From Candidatus Omnitrophota bacterium (GTDB taxonomy: Bacteria; Omnitrophota; Gorgyraeia; Zapsychrales; Fredricksoniimonadaceae): DNA of 64,000 nt. The notes beneath the pieces were generated by a model. The model was not told the origin of the DNA. It saw nothing but the letters and a program-made list of their open reading frames with translations, and ran no database searches. The stretch lies in the NCBI GenBank assembly GCA_903860135.1, contig CAIOPG010000006.1, forward strand, positions 21,117-85,116. Direction: 5' to 3'. Each line of letters begins with the position of its first letter. Within the stretch, counting starts at the first letter, position 1. Positions 9,308-16,272 of the stretch are shown here, in pieces. Both the position numbers and the translations under genes were made by a program.

Positions 9308-9414
9308 TCTAAGGGCAAACTACTTGAAAAAGTAGGGCGCAAAGCCGTGAGCCTGAACCCGTCGTGTTGCGGGAAGGTTGTCTGGTTGCCGATGTGAGTA
9401 CGTTAACTCACGGC
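9308..9414 (+). promoter_or_regulatory. c-di-GMP-I (GEMM) riboswitch aptamer candidate
   Basis: AAGGGCAAACuacuuGAAAAAaguagGGCGCAAAGCCgugaGCCUGAACC...GUUGCCGAUG closely parallels the Vibrio Vc2 aptamer GGGCAAACcauucGAAAgagugGGACGCAAAGCCuccgGCCUAAACC...GUUACCGAUGG. A GNRA-type hairpin is present. The outer stem gccgugag/cucacggc closes the element. Confidence 0.6.
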
Positions 9415-9446
9415 AAAACCCTTCGATCTTTTCGAAGGGTTTTTTC
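9415..9446 (+). terminator. Intrinsic terminator serving as the riboswitch expression platform
   Basis: Stem cccttcga/tcgaaggg (9419-9426 and 9432-9439), 5-nt loop, then a run of six T. Lies 54 nt upstream of the 9500 start codon. Confidence 0.7.
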
Positions 9447-9499
9447 ATTTCAGGGGGTTTCCCTGAGGTGGCGCCCTGCATGCATAGGAGGTCTGGCAT

Positions 9500-11140
9500 A
9501 TGGGGCGTTATTTATCGATAACCTTTGCGGCTACAGTCGCAATTATTTCTTTATTTCCTTTACATAATGTTGCGGCGAGGGAAGATATTCCTATGATGAT
9601 GCCGCAGGAACAACCCATGATGCCATTCCCTTATCAAATGCCCGTTAATCCTGGTGTGCCTGTGCCGGCAACGGGGTCTGTTGTGCCGTTGCCCGTGCCT
9701 GTGTTGCCCAAGGGGGATGCCCTGGTTGCCTGGATGGCGTCTAATGTCAGTTCCAAGACAGGCATGTTTTTCAGTTTTCAGGTCTTACCTGAAGAAAAAG
9801 CCGAGATCTACGGTGCCATGGGCGAGGCTTCTTCTGTGCCCGGGATCGTTGAACGCACCATTGTCGAAGAAGGGCTGGATATTTACGATGGCGCTGTCGG
9901 GCAGATCGCGTTGACCGTTGCCGGCGGGGAGGATAAATTAGCAGTGGCCAGGCATCAACTGGATGTGTACTGGTCAGGAAAATTGGAGAGCCTGATCAGT
10001 ATCCGGGCAGGGTATCCTAATTATAATTTTGTTTATGATCCCAAAGATCCGGAGGTCGTGACGTCGTTGCTGACAGACGAGGGCCGGCGCGGATTTATTT
10101 TTCGTATCATCAATGCCAATGGCAACTACCTGGTGCGGGATCCCTTGGACGGCAAGGAACGGATGGCGGGTTTCCCGGAAGCACCGGATCTACACTGGGA
10201 AGACTGGAAGCCGGTTGCCGGAGAGAATGCCTGGATCGTGATCGCGGCCATGCAGTTGTATCACAAAGAGTATTATAAAGCGGATGTGGATCAATACGTT
10301 GCGCCTGAAGGACCTGTCGAACTGCGCCTTGCCGAAGAATTGGCGCGTGCGGCCATGGTCCTGCAATCGGAGACCGGCGGCATAAGGATGGCACCGATAG
10401 GGACGTACCGTGAGAATGAATTTTATTCAACGTCCACCCAGGGCCAGTGGTGGTACAACCAGATTTCGACAGAGAATAATCTTTCCTGGTACAGCGCGTT
10501 CCGGATGCTGTACCGTGTGACCAGCAAAGAGATCTATCTCCAGGCGATGCAGAAGATGGCAGGTTTCTTCAAGCAGGTTTATGATCCGGTAACGCAGACT
10601 TTTTATCAGGGGATGACCTATAAAGCAGGTGTCTGGCAGGTGAACAGCTCGAATTTTGCGGTGGATGTGCAGACCTGGGGTATTTTATCGCTCGGCGCGG
10701 CTACCATTGAAGACTGGTTCGGAGAGGGCGTTGCCTATTCATTCTGGGCGAAGGCGCGGGAATATTCGGGCACCTGTAATGATCAAGGCTTATTGATGGG
10801 CGTGGGGTATACCAAAGAAAAAGGCCGTGTTTCTGTGGAGTGGAGCGCAGGGGCGATCATGGCGGCGCGTGAACTGGCGGTATTCTATCGTAATTCCCAT
10901 CGTGAACTGGCGCAGGCCGCGGGGCACGATGCGGAGCAGATGCGTGTCGGCATGGAATTACTGCGCCGCGACCTCCCGGGAGGCCAGTCTGCTTATGCCT
11001 ATTCATCCAAACGCGGCTGGATCCCTTTTGGCTGGAATTCGCATGACCCGCGTGTCGTCAGCCTGGCGTCGACCGGTTGGATGTTCTTTGTTGACAAGAA
11101 ATTTAATCCTTTTTGGCTCGATGGCAAAGGCCAGGACTGA
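9500..11140 (+). CDS. Secreted hypothetical protein with a Pro/Met-rich linker; possibly an (alpha/alpha)-barrel polysaccharide-active enzyme (weak)
   Basis: Signal peptide MGRYLSITFAATVAIISLFPLHNVAA. AGGAGG RBS. Trp/Tyr-rich motifs (WWYNQISTENNLSWY, AWIVIAAMQLY). No confident family assignment. Confidence 0.7.
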   Translation: MGRYLSITFAATVAIISLFPLHNVAAREDIPMMMPQEQPMMPFPYQMPVNPGVPVPATGSVVPLPVPVLPKGDALVAWMASNVSSKTGMFFSFQVLPEEKAEIYGAMGEASSVPGIVERTIVEEGLDIYDGAVGQIALTVAGGEDKLAVARHQLDVYWSGKLESLISIRAGYPNYNFVYDPKDPEVVTSLLTDEGRRGFIFRIINANGNYLVRDPLDGKERMAGFPEAPDLHWEDWKPVAGENAWIVIAAMQLYHKEYYKADVDQYVAPEGPVELRLAEELARAAMVLQSETGGIRMAPIGTYRENEFYSTSTQGQWWYNQISTENNLSWYSAFRMLYRVTSKEIYLQAMQKMAGFFKQVYDPVTQTFYQGMTYKAGVWQVNSSNFAVDVQTWGILSLGAATIEDWFGEGVAYSFWAKAREYSGTCNDQGLLMGVGYTKEKGRVSVEWSAGAIMAARELAVFYRNSHRELAQAAGHDAEQMRVGMELLRRDLPGGQSAYAYSSKRGWIPFGWNSHDPRVVSLASTGWMFFVDKKFNPFWLDGKGQD

Positions 11141-11186
11141 TCGCCCTGCCTTCCTGATAGAATCCCCCCAAAAATCTGTCTGTCAT

Positions 11187-11216
11187 TTGGTACATTTGAT
11201 ATTTATATGTTATCTT
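11187..11216 (+). promoter_or_regulatory. Putative extended -10 promoter (TGtTATCTT) for paralog A
   Basis: TATATGTTATCTT at 11204-11216. Weak -35 TTGGTA. Same motif as at 9282, 46170 and 54716. Confidence 0.3.
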
Positions 11217-11258
11217 TATTTCTAGATGGATGGAGTCTATTCAAGCAAGGGATAAAGA

Positions 11259-13466
11259 TTGAATATAAGAGTGATAGCGCACAGATGCTTGATGCTTTTT
11301 TTGATGCTGACTTTAGCGGCGTCAGATGTGCGTGTCTATGCGCAGGGAGTTCCCCCACCCGGCACCCGCCTGGCCTTGAGCCCTGTTTTCGCGCCGCCGC
11401 TACTCAAGGGCATCAAGGTGTTCCGCAACGATCCTTTTCGTTTTGATTTCATTTTGGATAAGGGGGATGTCCATCAACCGCTGCCCAGCGAACTTGAAAT
11501 AAAGCGCCTGATCAAATACTTCCTCGCTTCTTTGACGGTGCCCGAGAAAGATTTGTGGGTCAATTTAAGCCCTTATGAAAAAGACCGCATTGTGCCCGAA
11601 GCCTTTGGCCAGACCGAAATGGGGCGTGACTTACTGGCTCAAGACTACATTCTCAAACAGATAACAGCGTCAGTGATTTATCCTGATGAAAAAGTCGGCA
11701 AGGAATTTTGGTCTAAAGTCTATGCCGAAGCTCAGAAACGCTACGGCACCACCGACATCCCCGTCGACACTTTCAACAAAGTCTGGATCACCCCCGCTAA
11801 AGCCACCGTCTACGAACACCAAGACGCCGCCTATGTTGTCGAATCCAGGTTAAAGGTCATGTTGGAGTCCGATTATAAAGCCGCTATAGAAAATAAGGAA
11901 TTCGCACGTAGGGGCGGGTCCGTGACCCGCCCTATTTTATTAAATACGCCCCCAGCGTCACCCGCCCCCGCCGCAGCGTGGGGCGGGCATGGGAGGGGGG
12001 ATGACATCGCCAAACAAGTCCTCCGCGACGTCATCATCCCTATCCTCAACAAAGAAGTCAACGAAGGCCAAAACTTCGCCACCCTGCGCCAGGTCTACAA
12101 TTCCCTTATCCTTGCCACTTGGTATAAGCGTAAAGTCAAAACCAGCATCATGGGCAAGGCGTACGTCGATCAGAAGAAAGTTTCTGGCATTGACATCGCC
12201 GACAAGAACGAAAAAGAAAAGATCTGGTCTCAATATGTTGAAGCTTTCAAGAGGGGTGCTTTTAATCTGATCAAGGAAGAGAAAGACACGACGACTCAAG
12301 AAATGATCCCGCGGCAGTATTTTTCCGGTGGGGCGGATATGTCGATGGAGGTTTTTGAGGTAACAGATGCGGCCATGCCAGCAGAGGTAAATATTGATAA
12401 TTGCAGTATCGTAAATGTTGATGGGGGTATGCTGTTAGTGAATTCCGGTCTATCTAATCGCAAATGGGTAACAACTGATTTATTTGAACACAATCCACGG
12501 AAGTTTATGTATTCTGTAAAAATGTCTGGCCTTGCCAGGCTATTAAAACCACCAGCACAAGGCGATCCAATTTCGTATTCACTTGCTTTGATCAGTGATA
12601 GTTATTTGAAAACATTTAATCGAGGTGGTGGTGGCAATGTTGGATTAGTCTTTGATTTTGCGGATGAGGATGTTCTGGCAATTTTGGCATCGATGAACGA
12701 TATCGCGGCCTTTGATAAGACAGAGGAGACGCAACGTGAATTCATTAAAAAACAATTAAAACGTGATCCTAGTAATGTTATGTATCAAACTATTGTTGAC
12801 AATAGTCCTCCTAGGCAGCTTGCTATTGTGCCTGAAGAATTGATTAGGGCTTCAATCAAGGCAGGAAATAAGAATAATGAAGTAATTGTTAAGAATAATT
12901 TAACTCTGCAACCTAAAGCAATTATCTTGATTGTAAGGTGTCAGGGAGGATCACGTTTGTTTCGGGAAGATGTCGATGCCTTAAAGGTTAATCCAATGTT
13001 AAGTGAGGTCTATTCTGCAATGACAGCTGGGAAATTACCAGTTGTTATTGTCGGTGAAAATGGTTCCCCATTGAAGACTGCTAGGAGAATCTTTAAGCAT
13101 ATGTTTAGGGATCTTCAGGAAACAAGACCGTTCTTTTTTGAAAAGAAGTCTGGCCCATCGCCGGCAAAGTCCGGGTTTATAGGATGGATCGGTGTGTTCG
13201 TGAAGCAAAATCCTTCTGCTATTACACGTATAGATCGTGGCCAGAAGAATAGTGACAATGCCGAGAAGCTTGGCGGTATCGACCTTGATCCGGCCAAGAT
13301 CGACTTAAGTACAAAGAATTCCGGCGGCGAAATTGCGTTCAACCTCGACCCCGCGATGCTCGCCCGTATGCAGCATGCTTCTGGGATTTCGCCTGTTATT
13401 GTCAGTGTGCACCCGATGGAAAGCCTTTCGGCATTTCTGGGGATTGTGAAGCCGGGAGGGCGGTAG
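11259..13466 (+). CDS. Secreted protein of an uncharacterised paralogous family (paralog A, 735 aa)
   Basis: Signal peptide ending VYAQ. A roughly 300-aa N-terminal domain is highly similar to the 54826 gene (LIKYFLASLT, EEDLWVNLSPYE, GTTDIPVDTFNKVWIT, LKVMLESDY, EVNEGQNFA, PR.YFSGG). The last about 40 aa also match (DPAMLARMQ / DPIMVAEFQ). The central and C-terminal portions are AT-rich. TTG start; GTG at 11271 or ATG at 11292 are alternatives. Confidence 0.8.
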   Translation: MNIRVIAHRCLMLFLMLTLAASDVRVYAQGVPPPGTRLALSPVFAPPLLKGIKVFRNDPFRFDFILDKGDVHQPLPSELEIKRLIKYFLASLTVPEKDLWVNLSPYEKDRIVPEAFGQTEMGRDLLAQDYILKQITASVIYPDEKVGKEFWSKVYAEAQKRYGTTDIPVDTFNKVWITPAKATVYEHQDAAYVVESRLKVMLESDYKAAIENKEFARRGGSVTRPILLNTPPASPAPAAAWGGHGRGDDIAKQVLRDVIIPILNKEVNEGQNFATLRQVYNSLILATWYKRKVKTSIMGKAYVDQKKVSGIDIADKNEKEKIWSQYVEAFKRGAFNLIKEEKDTTTQEMIPRQYFSGGADMSMEVFEVTDAAMPAEVNIDNCSIVNVDGGMLLVNSGLSNRKWVTTDLFEHNPRKFMYSVKMSGLARLLKPPAQGDPISYSLALISDSYLKTFNRGGGGNVGLVFDFADEDVLAILASMNDIAAFDKTEETQREFIKKQLKRDPSNVMYQTIVDNSPPRQLAIVPEELIRASIKAGNKNNEVIVKNNLTLQPKAIILIVRCQGGSRLFREDVDALKVNPMLSEVYSAMTAGKLPVVIVGENGSPLKTARRIFKHMFRDLQETRPFFFEKKSGPSPAKSGFIGWIGVFVKQNPSAITRIDRGQKNSDNAEKLGGIDLDPAKIDLSTKNSGGEIAFNLDPAMLARMQHASGISPVIVSVHPMESLSAFLGIVKPGGR

Positions 13467-13533
13467 GCTTATTTATCCGTGTTAAACGGCAAGGGTTCAA
13501 ACGACGATAAATATGACAATTATAAGAAATCGG

Positions 13534-13561
13534 TAGACAATTTGTTCCACATTTGTATAAT
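13534..13561 (+). promoter_or_regulatory. Putative sigma70 promoter for tRNA-Lys (TAGACA, 16-nt spacer, TATAAT)
   Basis: TAGACA 13534-13539. TATAAT 13556-13561. About 30 nt upstream of the mature tRNA 5' end. Confidence 0.4.
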
Positions 13562-13591
13562 ATCGTCTCGCAGTTTTATGCCGCTCCTTGC

Positions 13592-13664
13592 GGGCCTCTA
13601 GCTCATCTGGTAGAGCAAGTGACTCTTAATCACTTGGTACCGAGTTCGACTCTCGGGAGGCCCA
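13592..13664 (+). tRNA. tRNA-Lys (anticodon CTT)
   Basis: Cloverleaf folded by hand: acceptor GGGCCTC/GAGGCCC, D-stem GCTC/GAGC, anticodon stem AGTGA/TCACT with loop CTCTTAA, T-stem CCGAG/CTCGG with TTCGACT loop, discriminator A. Length 73 nt; CCA is not encoded. Confidence 0.85.
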
Positions 13665-13672
13665 CTATTTAG

Positions 13673-13708
13673 AAAAGCCGTATCCCTTTTGGGATATGGC
13701 TTTTCTAT
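13673..13708 (+). terminator. Intrinsic terminator downstream of tRNA-Lys
   Basis: 14-bp stem aaaagccgtatccc / gggatatggctttt with a tttt loop. Confidence 0.6.
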
Positions 13709-13762
13709 TTCTTGAGAGCCGACCGAGAGGAGAAGGAGCCCCGCAGGGCGACTGGAGGGCAC

Positions 13763-13781
13763 CGACTCTCGGGAGGCCCAC
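13763..13781 (+). repeat. Direct repeat of the tRNA-Lys 3' end (19 nt identical, here followed by CCA)
   Basis: cgactctcgggaggcccac at 13763-13781 equals 13647-13665 of the intact tRNA. Confidence 0.8.
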
Positions 13782-13985
13782 CATATTAACGACGAAGAAG
13801 CTTCTCTTTAACTGGGGGAGCTTTTTTGTGATCTTCCCACGAAAAAGTGGACACAACGAAGGGGTGGTGACAGTATGAGAACTAGCTCAAAAAACGGAGG
13901 TGTTCAGTGGCAGGAGAATCGAACAAGAAAAAGCAGTTTGACCGTGAATTTAAAATGTCTGCGGTCAAGACCTGATAGCTCATCT

Positions 13986-14010
13986 GTTGGAGCAAGTGAC
14001 GATTTGTCGA
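13986..14010 (+). repeat. Degenerate copy of the tRNA-Lys D-arm and anticodon stem (23/25 nt)
   Basis: tagctcatctgttggagcaagtgac versus tRNA tagctcatctggtagagcaagtgac at 13599-13623. Confidence 0.75.
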
Positions 14011-14096
14011 GTACAAGGATTATTTGCAGGATATTAGTGAGGCCTCTTTTACAATCTCTTCTTGAGATTGTTGAGCAATAAAAATCATTTCCCCCC

Positions 14097-14125
14097 TTGC
14101 ATTTTCCATAAATAGAGAGTATATT
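14097..14125 (+). promoter_or_regulatory. Putative sigma70 promoter (TTGCAT, 17-nt spacer, TATATT)
   Basis: TTGCAT 14097-14102. TATATT 14120-14125. Confidence 0.45.
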
Positions 14126-14132
14126 TAAAACA

Positions 14133-14319
14133 TAGACAAGGTCTCACTGAGTTGTAAGACCTAACACGGCCGAACAGGCCGTGACATTTATCGGGCAAGG
14201 TTGTCCGTAAATATAAAGTATAGAAGCTTTAGATATAGTCCTGCAAAGGGCTGGCCCAAAAGGGCGGAAGACAAAGACGTCTTCAATTCATCATCAATGA
14301 ATTGAAGACGTCTTTTTTT
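14133..14319 (+). ncRNA. Candidate small structured RNA or leader of about 190 nt (promoter to strong terminator), function unknown
   Basis: Bounded by the 14097 promoter and the 14274 terminator. Internal perfect hairpins ggtctcactgagttgtaagacc and cacggccgaacaggccgtg. No convincing ORF. Confidence 0.35.
14274..14319 (+). terminator. Strong intrinsic terminator
   Basis: 18-bp perfect stem aagacgtcttcaattcat / atgaattgaagacgtctt, loop catca, then a T run. Confidence 0.75.
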
Positions 14320-14500
14320 GTTTCAATGTTGAAAATCGGCAGAAGGTTTCAAATCAGATAAATGGAGGATCTATGGGGAAAGTAAATTGTTTGGGAAGGG
14401 ATTCGCCTTCTGGAGGGAGGTCGTAGCATTGTTGGGCGTGTGTTGTTTTAATAGGGAAGGTAGAAAACAAATCAAAGGTCAATAACAAAGGAGTAATCAC

Positions 14501-15727
14501 ATGAATTCTGGCGATACAGCATGGGTCCTTATTTCAACGGCCCTTGTCATGCTCATGACACCGGGGTTGGCGTTTTTTTATGGGGGGATGGTTCGACGGA
14601 AGAATGTCCTTAGTGTTTTGATGCAGTGTTTCTTTATCCTGTGCCTGGTGAGTGTGCTGTGGGTTGTTTACGGGTACAGCCTGGCCTTCGCACCCGGGAC
14701 AGGTTTCTGGGGCGGGTTGTCGTGGTCGATGTTGAACGGTGTCGGGCTGGATCCGTATGCTGATTATTCGGCGACCATTCCGCATCAGGCTTTCATGATC
14801 TTCCAGGCCATGTTCGCGGTGATCACGCCGGCGCTGATCATCGGAGCGTTCGCCGAGAGGATGAAGTTTTCTTCGTTTGTCGTGTTCATTGTCCTGTGGC
14901 TTACATTCGTATATGCACCGATCTGCCACTGGGTGTGGGGTATCGGTGGTTTTCTTCGTAATATGGGAGCGCTGGATTTTGCCGGTGGAACGGTGGTGCA
15001 TATCAATGCCGGTATTGCGGCGCTGGTGACCGCGCTCATGATCGGTCCGCGCAAGAATGCGGAGAAGCATATTCCTTCGCCGCATAACCTTCCGTTTGTG
15101 GCACTGGGAACGGCGTTGCTGTGGTTCGGTTGGTTCGGGTTCAATGCCGGTTCCGCGCTGGCGGCCAATGGTTTGGCGGCCAATGCGTTTGTCGTGACCA
15201 ATGTGGCGGCGGCAGCGGCAGGCTTGAGTTGGGCGATGATCGAGTGGTTCCGTAACGGCAAGCCGACGCTTTTCGGTGTGGCTTCCGGTGCTGTGGCAGG
15301 CTTGGTGGCGATCACGCCGGCGGCGGGTTACGTCAATGTGTCAGGGGCGCTCATTATCGGGCTTCTGGTGAGTGTGTTTTGTTATCTGGCTGCGGCGGTT
15401 ATTAAACCAAAAATGGGTTATGACGATGCGCTCGATGCTTTTGGCGTGCATTGTGTCGGCGGTATCTGGGGTGCTTTGGCCACGGGCCTCTTTGCCACGA
15501 AGCTGGTGAACGCGGCGGGCAATGACGGGTTTTTCTATGGCAATCCGGCGCAGTTCATGATCCAGGTGAAAGCGGTTGCGGTTACACTGATCTATTCCAC
15601 GATCGTAACGTTTATCCTGTTTAAGGTCGTAGATCTTGTTATGGGCATGAGGGTGACAACCAAGGAAGAGGATGTGGGCCTTGACTTGACCCAGCATCAT
15701 GAAAGAGCTTACACGGTATTGGAATAA
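14501..15727 (+). CDS. amtB: Ammonium transporter
   Basis: Motifs AWVLISTALVMLMTPGLAFFYGGMVRRKN and the canonical Amt TM core. AAAGGAG RBS. Confidence 0.95.
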   Translation: MNSGDTAWVLISTALVMLMTPGLAFFYGGMVRRKNVLSVLMQCFFILCLVSVLWVVYGYSLAFAPGTGFWGGLSWSMLNGVGLDPYADYSATIPHQAFMIFQAMFAVITPALIIGAFAERMKFSSFVVFIVLWLTFVYAPICHWVWGIGGFLRNMGALDFAGGTVVHINAGIAALVTALMIGPRKNAEKHIPSPHNLPFVALGTALLWFGWFGFNAGSALAANGLAANAFVVTNVAAAAAGLSWAMIEWFRNGKPTLFGVASGAVAGLVAITPAAGYVNVSGALIIGLLVSVFCYLAAAVIKPKMGYDDALDAFGVHCVGGIWGALATGLFATKLVNAAGNDGFFYGNPAQFMIQVKAVAVTLIYSTIVTFILFKVVDLVMGMRVTTKEEDVGLDLTQHHERAYTVLE

Positions 15728-15755
15728 TTAATTAATGAAAATGGAGGATAATACG

Positions 15756-16097
15756 ATGAAGATGATCATTGCGATCATTCAACCAGGGAAACTGGACGAT
15801 GTCCGTGACGAGTTATACAAGGCTGACATTAACCTGATGACAGTCACTGAAGTGCTGGGACATGGGCGTCAGAAGGGCGTCACCGAGATTTACCGCGGTG
15901 CCAGGGAGATGGGAAATTTCCTGCGCAAGGTGCGTCTGGAGATCGCGGTCAATGACACCTATGTCGAGGCTGCCGTAAAGGCGATCGTCAAGGGTGCCAA
16001 GACCGGTGAAACGGGTGACGGCAAGATATTCATTCTGCCGCTGGAGCAGTCTATCCGTATCCGCACCGAAGAACGTGGGAGTATCTCGATCGGCTAA
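15756..16097 (+). CDS. glnK: Nitrogen regulatory protein P-II
   Basis: MKMIIAIIQPGKLDDV..., the T-loop region RGAREMG, and position immediately after amtB. The start is chosen at the MKMII codon. Confidence 0.9.
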   Translation: MKMIIAIIQPGKLDDVRDELYKADINLMTVTEVLGHGRQKGVTEIYRGAREMGNFLRKVRLEIAVNDTYVEAAVKAIVKGAKTGETGDGKIFILPLEQSIRIRTEERGSISIG

Positions 16098-16147
16098 TGA
16101 AGCGGGATGCCAGAATAATGTCGGCATCACACTAGATGATCAATGGC

Positions 16148-16180
16148 GGGGAGGGGGCCTAAAAACCCCTCCCCTGTTAT
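16148..16180 (+). terminator. Intrinsic terminator after glnK
   Basis: Stem ggggagggg / cccctcccc followed by a T-rich stretch. Confidence 0.6.
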
Positions 16181-16272
16181 TAATGTAATGTTTAAGAAAT
16201 AAGTAACAATCTCCTTGAGTCTGGATTTGAAAGAAATATAATTTTAATATATTTCTTTATAAAGGAGAAGAT

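Noticed and set aside
9364-9567. 67-aa ORF spanning the riboswitch terminator and the start of the 9500 gene
   Set aside because: It overlaps a structured RNA element and the signal-peptide region of the real gene in another frame.
11940-12010. GC-rich stretch (cccgcccccgccgcagcgtggggcggg) inside paralog A, considered as a possible repeat or G-quadruplex element
   Set aside because: It encodes the Pro/Ala-rich linker (PAPAAAWGG) and is conserved in paralog B at the same protein position. Explained by the coding sequence.
12005-12013. RGD tripeptide (GHGRGDD) in paralog A, considered as a cell-adhesion motif
   Set aside because: A single tripeptide in a low-complexity Gly/Arg linker, not conserved in paralog B (GRGAS). 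Too weak to call.
13696-14081. Small ORFs (60-68 aa) in the region downstream of tRNA-Lys
   Set aside because: They overlap the tRNA fragment repeats and terminator hairpins, lack RBSs, and have low-complexity translations. The region is more parsimoniously non-coding.
14364-14390. GGGCAAGG / GCAAAGGGC strings upstream of amtB, considered as a third GEMM-like element
   Set aside because: Lacks the hairpin-GAAA-hairpin arrangement and the GGGxCGCAAAGCC block.
14330-14500. Sigma-54 (GG-N10-GC) promoter upstream of amtB
   Set aside because: Candidate GG/GC pairs (for example TGGagggaggtcgtaGCA) have the wrong spacing. No convincing -24/-12 element.
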